Shown piece after piece: positions 17,201-26,629 of a DNA stretch of 58,409 nt (its first letter is position 1; each line of letters opens with the position of its first letter). Below the pieces are notes generated by a model that saw nothing but the letters and a program-made list of their open reading frames with translations, made no database searches and was not told where the DNA came from. Position numbers and translations under genes: made by a program. The stretch is from NCBI GenBank assembly GCA_039192005.1, contig JBCCXH010000001.1:1-58409 (forward strand), in the 5' to 3' direction. The DNA comes from Bacteroidota bacterium. Lineage in GTDB: Bacteria > Bacteroidota > Bacteroidia > Cytophagales > Cyclobacteriaceae.

Positions 17201-19141
17201 CCGGCCGGCTAACTCCAGGACATGGCGTTGTATCTGAGTCTGGTTTTTACTATCTGAAAGGATTCCGGTAATTACCATCCGATTGAGGGCATCATAAGTG
17301 GTAAATATCCACTGATCGTTTAGTCGTTGATTCCCATCTTGCGTGAGTACCAAACGATCCCAGCGATCATACACCAGGTAAACTTCCTGTGATCCCGGTA
17401 CTTTCTTCCGCGTCATCAATCCGCTTTCGTTGTATTCATACTGAAAGGCCCATCGATTCAGAAACGAAGACCGGTTAGAGCCTGAGGAAAAGAAATCACT
17501 TGCCAATTTGTTCGTAGCCTCTGGTGGGATGATCACGCGCAATCGGTCCAAATCATCAAAAATATAACAGGTAGTCGCCCACGTATTGGCACTCACCTGT
17601 GCTTTGCGCTGTACCGTTAGTCCTTGCTTGTTGACGTACTCCACCTCCAGATGACCATTTTCGTTGATGGTTTGTCGCTTGTAGAGCGCCCCTTTAGGAT
17701 AGTAGGTTGCACGCTCTGTCAATAAATGATTATGTGTGAATGACCGAACTTCATTGGTGGCATTTACTAAATGGGAGGTAGTGACGGGACGGTTTCCTGC
17801 CGTTCTTGACCAGGAGGCGCCTGGTGCATAGGTTTTTACCAATCGGTCTAAAGGGCTGGCTTCATACCTAAACTCAACATGTGCATGGTTTGCTTCTCCT
17901 TCATACTGAGCAGCGAGTCGGTTGGCCTGGAGGGTTTGATGTACATAACCACCAGCAGATGTTTGAGCGATCGGGAATGGCAGCCAGTTTTTTTGCGTCC
18001 GACCGTATGCGTCGTAACCGGTGGAGGAAACGAGGTCATTTCCAAATGGTGTGTGCGCCTGCTCTACTGACTGGATGGCCCGGCCCAATCCGTCAAAATA
18101 AGTGATCGTGGTCGACTTTTCTTCTTTATCCATACCTGTGACAGTGCTGGAAGAGGTCGCTGTCACTTGTGGAAGGTGCGCTTTGACGTAATTCTGATCT
18201 GATAGCAAAGGAGGGTTTGTTACTGTGATCTTGACGCTTTCGGTGTATTTCACATAACCGCAAGTACTTGTGGACGCTTTCCTTCGATACCACCGGGTAC
18301 CGCTCAGTGTCCCCGGCTTGTAGCTTGTGCCAGTCGCTCCATGTAGGGTAGACCAACTGCTTCCATTCGTCGAGACCTGCCACTGATACGAAATAGTGGT
18401 AGAAGGCTCGGCACCCCAACTTGCCGAAGTAGTATTTCCCAAGGTTCCGGCGGCGTTGTAGCGATAAATGGTCTTTGTTCCACTAATTGTACCCGCATTC
18501 AATTGATACGAAAGTGGGTACATCCCGGTAATGCCCACTGGATTGGAGTACTTCGCTCCGCAGTTTCCTGAGATGACGCGACGACGGTACTGCGCAAAGG
18601 AGGTTGCGGTTACTGACAGATTTTTGGATGTTGCTCCTGAAATGTTTTCCCAGGCAGGAAAGGGCAGCTGTAGTCGCTGCCACTGGTAACGATAACTGCC
18701 AGTGCCTCCGGTGGGTGTGCTGCCTCTTATGGTGATACTCGTTCCCTGACAAACTTTCCCTCCGGTATAAGAAACCAACCCCGGATTCAGGGCATTGGGT
18801 ATGGTTATCGTTTTACTGCTCTCTGTTCTCCATTGCCCAAATGTTTGTGATCTCAGATAGATCGTCTTAGTCCCTGACCCGGTGACCGTGTAGTCGCTAA
18901 ACCCGTTACTGGAAGTAGAGGTACCAGTTGAAGAGGTCTGCCAGTATAAACTTACCCACGGTATTAGTGAACTGACCGACTGCAATCCAGATGACCGAAG
19001 AACTACCTGATCACACGATTGGCTAACTACTGAAATGGAATAAGGTTGAGCTTGGGCATTCAGGCAAATGAAAAAACAAATGACACTTGTTAAGGTGATC
19101 CAATTAGTAGATTGAACACGATAAATGCTGTTACCACTCAT
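14204..19141 (-). CDS. RHS repeat-associated core protein (DUF6443-type) with N-terminal Ig-like domains and Ntox44-like C-terminal toxin
   Basis: Signal-like N-terminus from ATG 19141; Ser/Thr-rich Ig-like YQWQ repeats; TYFDGLGRAIQ; DHLGNIR; DYYPFG...ARFYDGALGRFMNMDP...NNPMAFVDPSGL; tip with DIK and GNFLAG. Confidence 0.92.
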   Translation of the reverse strand: MSGNSIYRVQSTNWITLTSVICFFICLNAQAQPYSISVVSQSCDQVVLRSSGLQSVSSLIPWVSLYWQTSSTGTSTSSNGFSDYTVTGSGTKTIYLRSQTFGQWRTESSKTITIPNALNPGLVSYTGGKVCQGTSITIRGSTPTGGTGSYRYQWQRLQLPFPAWENISGATSKNLSVTATSFAQYRRRVISGNCGAKYSNPVGITGMYPLSYQLNAGTISGTKTIYRYNAAGTLGNTTSASWGAEPSTTISYQWQVSTNGSSWSTLHGATGTSYKPGTLSGTRWYRRKASTSTCGYVKYTESVKITVTNPPLLSDQNYVKAHLPQVTATSSSTVTGMDKEEKSTTITYFDGLGRAIQSVEQAHTPFGNDLVSSTGYDAYGRTQKNWLPFPIAQTSAGGYVHQTLQANRLAAQYEGEANHAHVEFRYEASPLDRLVKTYAPGASWSRTAGNRPVTTSHLVNATNEVRSFTHNHLLTERATYYPKGALYKRQTINENGHLEVEYVNKQGLTVQRKAQVSANTWATTCYIFDDLDRLRVIIPPEATNKLASDFFSSGSNRSSFLNRWAFQYEYNESGLMTRKKVPGSQEVYLVYDRWDRLVLTQDGNQRLNDQWIFTTYDALNRMVITGILSDSKNQTQIQRHVLELAGRYVTYNGSGSYGYNNSSYPFSLSSEGTIKEVLTVTYYDTYDFINKTNLSGASFQPVYTTTDAYHLLPKQHTSTRGQLTGKLIKGLENNYLASITYYDEALRPIQVISENHLNGKDVVSNQYDFSGNVRKTQIKHVARGQTKVVERRFDYDHENRLIDTWHKVNDESEVQIAHHEYNELGELIETDLHSGGAFTQSQDFTYNIRGWLTAINSSQLTSEGDTNGDLFGMELYYDTNPIQAFNTNYDGTISGIQWSNFRENPSGTAVGVQRAYSYQYDRLNRLTGADHQVNGSNTNRYDVNNISYDLNGNIKTLSRRGATNGYMDRLTYTYKGNHLLKVKDHGNDDEGFKDGNPSGNDYAYDENGNIVRDLNKGITAIDYNHLNLPTSVAFQNGDHLTYRYDATGRKLSQTVHKNGNPVKTTDYIGAFIYEDEHQGEGPHLQLIQHEEGRVVPIENGMDYQYHLKDHLGNIRLTFSTTPENYIMLEDFEDTQSDFTELKRQNRQTANSTKTGTYVSAVGIKQTSSMVLVGMNKGDTVNLSVKANYESDPDGNSFLPIAFSALHHSFDGAYGGAEGITSTASEFDKALLGLHAAGKGNTNEAPRAFINFIFFDEDMQYRATGFKQISKAALGVGVHELVVLDAPFVADQKGYLLAYLSNENKEAATVFFDDFTVYHGKTNVVSAQDYYPFGLTYNNYKKTASTAQKYKYGGKEEQEDWGVGIMDFEARFYDGALGRFMNMDPLADDGGQESWTPYHYTYNNPMAFVDPSGLIPSSHIDTEGKIIAVVDDGDNGVYQHEANADGGTPNEKMIKKRQKRSGSTSGNGTKVGETEHSDEFVSPETGKPMTNYKLQIGKSFDPIIADMNAKSKGMNLMEIAQASKKGKLFDIKAIYKNVGALLNGKYATSRSAGNFLAGYNAVGSKLMGVGISFTTFQKLAGALHIENSHGKKLSEGQMFNIVTSGTYQSSDISKFVAPLWGEVRYQYRMSRAGWNFGETNGKKTPE

Positions 19142-19553
19142 TTTTTGCAGAGATAGAAAGAAAATGAGGTGAGGGCTATTTCGTGCTGTAATGTGACGAA
19201 CAGCGCAAAGGCACACGGTTCCCGATGAGTGGATCTCTTCATGGCATTATTAGGTTAATTAGTGTTAGGTTATTATACCCATCATCTGAACTCGATTAAA
19301 CATCTTGTCTCAGTTGAGACACTAATTTAAATCTAAATTATCAGAAGATACTATGCCACCGCCTTTGTTCCTGACAAGAGTCTTCTGTAACTAAATTCAC
19401 TTTTTCAAATGAATGGTCCTTTCAAGAAAGAGTTGTCGTTTTGTTTAGCCTGGATGGGTAAACCTATTCCTTCACACGGAATTTTGAAACCTCATGAGCG
19501 TCTACAATGTTTTACTAACTAATTTCGTCCAACTAAACTTACAGAAATACAAC

Positions 19554-19922
19554 ATGAAAGCACATACAGCTAGTTTAATCAACGCCATCCTTCTCATCAC
19601 GCTCTCTGCCTGGGGGTATTTGGACTCGGCATCTCCGTCGGTTACGGCTCTTATTCCAGCATTTGTTGGTGTGGTCCTTCTGGCGTGCAACCCGGGGGTG
19701 AAAAAGGAAAATAAGGTAATCGCTCACGTAGCTGTAACATTGACCTTAATCATTTTGATTGGCTTGTTCCAACCATTAAAAGGTGTGATTGGTCGTGGTA
19801 GCGCAATAGGCATTGTCCGGGTGGTTGTTATGTTGGTCAGTACCGTGTTTGCGATGGTATTTTTCATTAAGAGTTTTATTGACGCCAGAAAAAACAGAGA
19901 GAAGCAGGCTTCTGCCAGCTAG
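19554..19922 (+). CDS. Small 4-TM membrane protein (TMEM14-like)
   Basis: Four hydrophobic helices and TALIP motif; ATG 19554 follows an A-rich leader. Confidence 0.75.
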   Translation: MKAHTASLINAILLITLSAWGYLDSASPSVTALIPAFVGVVLLACNPGVKKENKVIAHVAVTLTLIILIGLFQPLKGVIGRGSAIGIVRVVVMLVSTVFAMVFFIKSFIDARKNREKQASAS

Positions 19923-20199
19923 GTAGCGGAGAACACTTCGCTTTGAATGCAACGGCTAAGGCTATATACGCGTTTTGACATGGCACCGGCACGCTAGCTT
20001 ACGTTACTGATTTTTAATTCGTTGCATGATCTGACTGGATTTAGACGGCATGCTTTCTGGTTGGTTGACTCGTATTGTTTCAATGAATTGATGAAATTTA
20101 TGCCCCAAAGTGAGCAATTCCAGGCGGGTAACTGCATTGCGCCGCTACAGCGGACTGTTGGCGAGCCGGCTTGCAACTAAAAAGATAAGGAACCTATAC

Positions 20200-20958
20200 A
20201 TGCAACGAATTTGGCTATCGGTACTTTTAGGAATAGGCCTTCGTGTCTATGCTATGGCCCAGCTTGAAAAAGTGGAAGCGTACTATGATGTTCTTGAAAA
20301 AGAAAGTAAGCGGGAGCGGCAAACCATCGAATTCGTACAGCAAGACGCAGGACTGGTGGCAGACTATTCACGCTTATCCCAAATCATTCTTCTCCGTCAT
20401 GGGGAACCTGCGCTGAATAAAAAAGGCTGGAGAAAACGGAAAGCAGCCATGAAATTCATTCAGGACTATGACTCGGCAGTCATCTATCCGCCAGAACACG
20501 TCCCGGTATCCCTTCAAAAAGAAGAACTTCGAATGATTTATACCAGCAACCTTAATCGGTCCATTTCAACCGCGAGTTATGTTTTCAACCTCCCGGATAT
20601 TCAGAAATCAGACCCGCTATTCAGAGAGTTTGAACGTAAAATATTCTCCTTTCCGAACCTGAAGCTTCCTCTCAAATGGTGGCTGACCGGGTCCAGAATG
20701 CTCTGGTTAATGGGACTGAATAAAAAAGGGATTGAAAGTTTTGGCCAGGCAAAAGAAAGAGCCAAAATAGGCGTAAAGGAACTTGAAAATGAATCGATGC
20801 GCACCGGAAAAGCCCTGTTAGTATCTCATGGCCTTCTCAACCACTTTCTGGTCAAGTATTTAAAGAAGAATGGGTGGGTAGAGGTATTTGATGGCGGTAA
20901 GGGCTATCTTTCTCAAAAAATGCTGGTGAGGTATACTTATTCTCCAAATAGTAAGTAG
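20200..20958 (+). CDS. Histidine phosphatase superfamily protein
   Basis: LLRHGEP, YTSNLNRSIST, FREFE and VSHG motifs; signal-like N-terminus from ATG 20200. Confidence 0.85.
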   Translation: MQRIWLSVLLGIGLRVYAMAQLEKVEAYYDVLEKESKRERQTIEFVQQDAGLVADYSRLSQIILLRHGEPALNKKGWRKRKAAMKFIQDYDSAVIYPPEHVPVSLQKEELRMIYTSNLNRSISTASYVFNLPDIQKSDPLFREFERKIFSFPNLKLPLKWWLTGSRMLWLMGLNKKGIESFGQAKERAKIGVKELENESMRTGKALLVSHGLLNHFLVKYLKKNGWVEVFDGGKGYLSQKMLVRYTYSPNSK

Positions 20959-21034
20959 CACTGAAATTTGAATAATTATTTGCGCCGTCAAACTAACTAG
21001 TCGGCTGTAAATTCGCCAAACAACTTATAAGATC

Positions 21035-21571
21035 ATGAACATTCGTTTTAGTAAGCCTTTCATCTCACGCCCTTTCCAGCTATCATTCATCATCCTGTTT
21101 GCCTTTTTGTATGCGAGCTGTGAAAGCAAACCAAAAAAAGAGGAAGCAAATGCGCATCAGAACGCCGTAGAAACGCATGCTGACAGCGGAGAAACGGATG
21201 GGGTAGTTGAACTGACCATTAATAGCACGGACCAGATGCTGTATGATAAAGAGGAACTGATAGTGCCTGCTGGTGCGACTGTCACGCTTACCCTTAACCA
21301 TACGGGCGAATTGCCGAAAAAAATCATGGGACATAACCTCGTCATCCTCAAGGCCGGAACGAACATCGAATCGTTTATTGGAGATGCCTACTCGGCTGTA
21401 GCAAATGACTACATCCCGGATAGCGATCAAATGATTGCTTATACGAAATTGATTGGTGGTGGGGAAACGACGACCATTACTTTCGAAGCCCCGGCCAAAG
21501 GCAGCTACGATTTCGTTTGCTCCTTCCCGGGACACTCCATGATCATGAAAGGAAAGTTCATTGTTCGGTAG
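21035..21571 (+). CDS. azu: Azurin-family blue copper lipoprotein
   Basis: Lipobox (YASC), MGHNLV, and C-terminal CSFPGHSMIMKG type-1 Cu ligands. Confidence 0.92.
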   Translation: MNIRFSKPFISRPFQLSFIILFAFLYASCESKPKKEEANAHQNAVETHADSGETDGVVELTINSTDQMLYDKEELIVPAGATVTLTLNHTGELPKKIMGHNLVILKAGTNIESFIGDAYSAVANDYIPDSDQMIAYTKLIGGGETTTITFEAPAKGSYDFVCSFPGHSMIMKGKFIVR

Positions 21572-21696
21572 GTTGTTCGCCAAACTCCGACGTGAATCCT
21601 GGCTATTGGCTAAGATCCCTTTATTAGAAGTTCGCCGATGTTGTAAGGAAGACGTTGCTACTGTCCTTACAGCGTTGAACCAATTTATTTGAAATT

Positions 21697-21722
21697 AAAC
21701 CCTGCTTGATGCAGGTGTTTTT
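21697..21722 (+). terminator. Possible intrinsic terminator downstream of azurin
   Basis: AAAC-CCTGC-TTGAT-GCAGG-TGTTTTT stem plus U tract. Confidence 0.4.
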
Positions 21723-21931
21723 CCGTACGCATAAAGTAACGTGAATCAAGCTATCGAAAAGAAAACTCGTGGCAGCTGACAATAATCATAGGTTACGTTA
21801 ACCTACCTCATATTTGCTCCTATCACAGTGGGCTAATCTTGTGACATCCGCACAAGATCTTGATGTCAGCAAATGCATTAAGCTTTTCTCTTCATACACA
21901 GGTGTTGTGCACAAACATAAAATTCATAAAA

Positions 21932-22288
21932 ATGAAAACACAAACACCTGCGATCAACAGCACCAGCAAATCATTGGTAACGCCAAGCTTGAGCGATCTA
22001 ATAAAGAAATTTAACGCCTGGACCAAAAGAATGGAATACTATCGGATTGTGGTGCTCTCGGTCATGATCATTTCACAAAGCTGTGTATTTGCCCCCATCG
22101 CACTCTGGTCCATGCATCTGACTACCGGATTTCATTCCACGCAGGCATTTATTGTGATTTGCGGCTTATTTTCGGTGTTGGTGACCAACTTAGCGGTACA
22201 ACCCATGCGGGTAACCATCCCTGTTTACGTGTTATCTTCTTTTGCTCAATTAGGAGTCATTGGAATTAACCTAAGTGCTATGATTTAA
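21932..22288 (+). CDS. Hypothetical membrane protein (3-4 TM)
   Basis: Hydrophobic helices; ATG 21932 after an A-rich leader. Confidence 0.7.
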   Translation: MKTQTPAINSTSKSLVTPSLSDLIKKFNAWTKRMEYYRIVVLSVMIISQSCVFAPIALWSMHLTTGFHSTQAFIVICGLFSVLVTNLAVQPMRVTIPVYVLSSFAQLGVIGINLSAMI

Positions 22289-22623
22289 CGATCACTTATG
22301 CAGCAATTTCCAATTACGTCAGAGTAGGTGAAGTTCTTTGTGTTGTGTTTGACCATAAATGCGACATTCGGTTGTTCTTACAAAAACACAGAGGAACAAA
22401 CCTAACAACTCGCTGACCAGCTTTCCAAACTGCCTTCTTTAACTCCTACTCCAGACGTAGATAAAACTTTACTCAAACAAAAAATTTAACATAGAAATTA
22501 ATTGCATTTAACAAACCATTAATACCGCTTGAAGTTTAAGGTTAGTAGATAAACAAGCGATTCGATTGGTTCGTGTTAATTTTGAGTCTACAAAGGCCCC
22601 CCAACAAGAAAGAATGAATGTAA

Positions 22624-22646
22624 TAGTTGAGGTCTGAACTCAACTT
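22624..22646. promoter_or_regulatory. Candidate Fur-like operator upstream of the imelysin operon
   Basis: Inverted repeat AGTTGAG-N7-CTCAACT, same 9-5-9 geometry as the box at 37711. Confidence 0.45.
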
Positions 22647-22675
22647 AATGTAGGGATTAAATTCTATGATAATAC

Positions 22676-23824
22676 ATGTTATGTACGTTATTGAATAAGT
22701 ATAACTTATGTCTTTCGCTGGTCACTTCTTTGTTATTTATTTCGTGTTCCGGCAATAAACAAACTTCTGAAGAGGAGTTTAAAAAAGCGGCAATGAACTA
22801 TGCCGACATTGTACTCGCCAATTATCAGGATGCATACGATGAAACGGCGGTACTGAAAAAAGTAATCGATGATTTTGTTGCTAACCCAACCGATAGTGGC
22901 TTTGCTGCTTGCAAAACACAGTGGCTCAAAGCCAGAAATCCTTACGGACAGACAGAGGCCTATCGGTTTTACGGTGGTCCCATCGACGATGAAGACGGGC
23001 CGGAAGGATTGATCAATGCGTGGCCAATGGACGAGTTTTTTATTGACTACGTGGAAGGGGACATGGATGCCGGTCTTATTAATGACCTGGAAACCTATCC
23101 TGAAATCACGAAAGAGCTACTGGAACAACTCAATGAGTCTTTTTCGGAAGAAAGCATATTTACCGGTTATCATGCCATTGAATTTCTATTATGGGGGCAG
23201 GACCTGTATGAAAATAGTGCAGGTCAGCGACCTTACACGGACTACCTTACTAATGGTACGGCTAAAAATCAGGATCGTAGAGGCACCTATCTGACCCTAA
23301 CCACTGAGTTGTTGCTGAAACACCTGGCGACAGTAAAAGAAGAATGGGAAGAGGAAGGAGCTTATCGCAATTATTTTGTTTCACTTCCCAGAAACGAGGT
23401 CATTACGAAAGTTTTTACCGCCCTTGGCGAATTGAGCAAAGGGGAGCTTTCTGGTGAGCGGATGTTTGTCGCCCTGGATTCTAAAGATCAGGAAAACGAG
23501 CATTCCTGCTTTGCGGATAATACCATTGCAGACATTACCAACAACTTTCAGGGAATGGTTAACGTCTACAAAGGGACGTACAAAAAAATGGATGGCACTT
23601 CGGTCAAGGGTGTGAGTTACGCCTTTTTGGCTAATGAACTTGATCCGGTCAAAGCCGAAGCAGTCCAGGGGGCGATAGCTGCCGCAGCGACAGCTATTGG
23701 CACGATCCCTTCTCCATTTGATCAGGCGATCCTATCCCATGAAGAAGAAATTTTGAACGCGGTCTCTGCACTCGAAGATCTAAGCGATGCCTTTGCCGAT
23801 GTGAGTCTGGCCCTAAAAAAGTAG
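22676..23824 (+). CDS. Imelysin-family (peptidase M75/IrpA-like) iron-regulated lipoprotein
   Basis: Lipobox FISC; WLKARNPYGQTEAYRF, INAWP, TGYHAIEFLLWGQD, EHSCFADNT. Confidence 0.92.
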   Translation: MLCTLLNKYNLCLSLVTSLLFISCSGNKQTSEEEFKKAAMNYADIVLANYQDAYDETAVLKKVIDDFVANPTDSGFAACKTQWLKARNPYGQTEAYRFYGGPIDDEDGPEGLINAWPMDEFFIDYVEGDMDAGLINDLETYPEITKELLEQLNESFSEESIFTGYHAIEFLLWGQDLYENSAGQRPYTDYLTNGTAKNQDRRGTYLTLTTELLLKHLATVKEEWEEEGAYRNYFVSLPRNEVITKVFTALGELSKGELSGERMFVALDSKDQENEHSCFADNTIADITNNFQGMVNVYKGTYKKMDGTSVKGVSYAFLANELDPVKAEAVQGAIAAAATAIGTIPSPFDQAILSHEEEILNAVSALEDLSDAFADVSLALKK

Positions 23825-23833
23825 CTTTTTTGA

Positions 23834-25225
23834 ATGCATAAAAGGTTTTTTTCCATATTGATAGCAGGGATGTTCCTGCTCTGTATGCAATGCACCTACC
23901 AACTGGATTTGGGCTTTGAAGAATTAAGCGGAGGCCTCAATTTTACTTCGTATAATTTCAGCAAAGATGCCTTTGGTGTACAGGGGAAAAACCTGAGTCG
24001 TAATGAGTCCCGATTCTTTCAGTCGGGTAATGAACTGTTTCGTACGAACTGGGTAGCGGCGCCTGCTTCGGTAAAATCCCTGGACGGGTTGGGACCCGTT
24101 TTTAACGCCAACTCCTGCGGAAGCTGTCACTTTAAAGATGGTAGAGGCGCTCCACCGGACGAGCCAAACGGTACCCGATTTGGCCTGCTATGGCGACTCA
24201 ACAGTGGAGAGAAAACACCTGATGGGGCTCCGGCACCACACCCCGTCTACGGAGGACAGATACAAGATCACGCCTTGCCCAAAGTACTTCCTGAAGCCAA
24301 AATAGCCATTGTGTATGATACCATTCGGGGATCGTATGCTGATGGGACACCGTATGAGTTGTTCAAACCCAATTACCAATTGACCGCATTGGCATATGGA
24401 AACGTCGAAGACAACTACATTCTTACTCCCAGAGTTGCGCCACAGGTATCCGGGTTGGGCCTGTTGGAAAACATCCCGGAAGCTGCTATTCTTCGTCATG
24501 TTGATGAGAACGATGAGAATGGGGATGGCATCTCAGGGAAAGCAAACTACGTCTGGAACGTCCTGGAACAGAAAAGAACACTGGGACGCTTTGGCTGGAA
24601 AGCCAACCAACCGAATATCTTACAGCAATCTGCCGGAGCTTTCAACGGGGACATGGGATTAACTTCTTCCCTTTTCCCGGAAGATGAGTTCAGTACTTCT
24701 CAGCGATTAAAAGCACCAGACCTCCATGAGGGTGGCTACCCTGAAGTAAGCGACCTGCAACTCGAACGAATCGCGTTATACATCAAGGTTCTGGCCGTTC
24801 CAGCCAAAAGAAATATCGAAGCACCAGCGTACCTTAAGGGCAGAAAGCTATTTTACAACATGGGTTGTGAATCCTGTCACAAAGCCTCATTTACCACCGG
24901 AAATAATGATGAGATAACTGCCTTAAACAATCAAAAAATATTTTGCTACACCGACCTATTGCTTCATGATATGGGGGAGGAGTTAGCAGATCATGGTCCC
25001 GACTTCGATGCGACAGGCTCCGAGTGGCGCACCCCTCCTCTTTGGGGTATTGGCCTGATCAAAACTGTCAATAAACACACACGCTTACTTCATGACGGAC
25101 GGGCAAGAAACATTGAACAGGCCATTCTTTGGCATGGAGGTGAGGCAGAGACTTCAAAAAATAAGTTTAAAAAATTATCGGTTTCTGAGCGCGAAGTGCT
25201 CATATCATTTGTTAAAAGCTTGTAA
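23834..25225 (+). CDS. Di-haem oxidoreductase family protein (DUF1111/DHOR)
   Basis: GLGPVFNANSCGSCH and GCESCH haem-binding motifs; GRFGWKA; EWRTPPLWGIG; LHDGRAR. Confidence 0.92.
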   Translation: MHKRFFSILIAGMFLLCMQCTYQLDLGFEELSGGLNFTSYNFSKDAFGVQGKNLSRNESRFFQSGNELFRTNWVAAPASVKSLDGLGPVFNANSCGSCHFKDGRGAPPDEPNGTRFGLLWRLNSGEKTPDGAPAPHPVYGGQIQDHALPKVLPEAKIAIVYDTIRGSYADGTPYELFKPNYQLTALAYGNVEDNYILTPRVAPQVSGLGLLENIPEAAILRHVDENDENGDGISGKANYVWNVLEQKRTLGRFGWKANQPNILQQSAGAFNGDMGLTSSLFPEDEFSTSQRLKAPDLHEGGYPEVSDLQLERIALYIKVLAVPAKRNIEAPAYLKGRKLFYNMGCESCHKASFTTGNNDEITALNNQKIFCYTDLLLHDMGEELADHGPDFDATGSEWRTPPLWGIGLIKTVNKHTRLLHDGRARNIEQAILWHGGEAETSKNKFKKLSVSEREVLISFVKSL

Positions 25226-25281
25226 CGTTACGACTACGAGAGAAAGATAAATCCTATCAACTAACCAACCTAACCAACAAA

Positions 25282-26376
25282 ATGAAAAGGCATCAGCATC
25301 TACCTGTTCTACTACTGGGTCTTCTATTGATCTCCTCATGTGCCAACGAAGGGCGTAGGCAAGCTGCGTTTAGCAGAAAGGACTTTCTCTCAAACTATGC
25401 CAATCAAATCATTCGGCCATCAGCCAACGTATTTGCCCAGAAAGCGAGCCAACTGAAGCAGGCTGTTGCCCAACTAAAAGAGGAAAAAAGCGTGGATCAC
25501 CTTCAGCGTGCAAGGATCGCATGGGATGAGACGTATCGCGCATGGACCGAAGTGAGCATGTTCAACTTTGGTCCAGGAGGATCAGAAAGGAGAAGGCGTA
25601 CCTTGCTGGAAGAGGTGGGAACCTGGCCGATCAACATCAAAGGGATCGAAAACAAAATCAAAAACCCTGATCATGACTTTAATGATTCGAAACGAAACAC
25701 GAGAGGGCTTCTCACCGCAGCGTACCTGCTCTTTTCTCCCCAAACCGAAGGCACGTGGATTGACGAGTCCGGCGATGAAAAAATTAGTTACCTCGAAAAA
25801 ACCGTTAACCATCTTAATGAACACATCCAAAACTTTAACAGTGCATGGCAGGGTGACTATGCCAACGAGTTCATTGCCGCCGATGGAACGGATGTGAAAA
25901 GTTCCACCACCCAGCTATTTAATGAGCTGGTCAGAAATTTTGAAGTGATACGAGATACTAAGCTGGGCATACCCATGGGGCTCATTGCGGGACAATCGAG
26001 CCCTCAACCGGAATTGGCCGAATCCCCATTTAGTGAACAGTCTCTTGATTACCTGTTACTGAATTATCAAATCGTTATCAAACGCTGGCGTGGCACGAAC
26101 GCGGATGGAACAGATGGGCCTGGGTGGGAAGAATACCTGCTTTCTACTACCGGAGGCGAATCATTGGTCAAAGAGATTAACGCGCAATTTGCACAGATAG
26201 CCACCATCATTGAACAGATACCGAAGGAAAAGTCATTGAAAACACTCGCCCTTGAAAACAACCCTGAGTTAGTAGCGCTTCACCGCGCCTTGCAAAAGCT
26301 GACTCGCTTCCTCAAAGGGGATTCAAGTAGCTTACTGGGATTAGCCATTACGTTTAGCTCCGGCGATGGGGATTAA
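25282..26376 (+). CDS. Second imelysin-family lipoprotein
   Basis: Lipobox ISSC; FNFGPG...WP; RGLLTAAYLL; C-terminal FSSGDGD typical of this subfamily. Confidence 0.88.
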   Translation: MKRHQHLPVLLLGLLLISSCANEGRRQAAFSRKDFLSNYANQIIRPSANVFAQKASQLKQAVAQLKEEKSVDHLQRARIAWDETYRAWTEVSMFNFGPGGSERRRRTLLEEVGTWPINIKGIENKIKNPDHDFNDSKRNTRGLLTAAYLLFSPQTEGTWIDESGDEKISYLEKTVNHLNEHIQNFNSAWQGDYANEFIAADGTDVKSSTTQLFNELVRNFEVIRDTKLGIPMGLIAGQSSPQPELAESPFSEQSLDYLLLNYQIVIKRWRGTNADGTDGPGWEEYLLSTTGGESLVKEINAQFAQIATIIEQIPKEKSLKTLALENNPELVALHRALQKLTRFLKGDSSSLLGLAITFSSGDGD

Positions 26377-26629
26377 CCCAAATGTTTTGAAGAATTGGTT
26401 TGTGAGTTATGTCCAGACATAGTACATCCCTACGGAATTACTTGATACCTCCTAAAATATCGATTTTGCATCGCCTCACTTTCTAAGTAGAGGTTTCCAT
26501 GTTTTTCTTCGACTGATCTTTGAGTCCATTTTAGGTTAGTTATTGTCGCAAAGAGAGTCATAATTTTGGCAGGCTTTGGCGTGGGCCACGTTCTGCCACC
26601 TGACATTATGTAGAAATTTTTAGAATTGG

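Noticed and set aside
21035-21571. Azurin as part of the tyrosinase/SCO copper system
   Set aside because: It lies 23 kb away with no shared regulatory motif visible, and azurin lipoproteins are common in this phylum.
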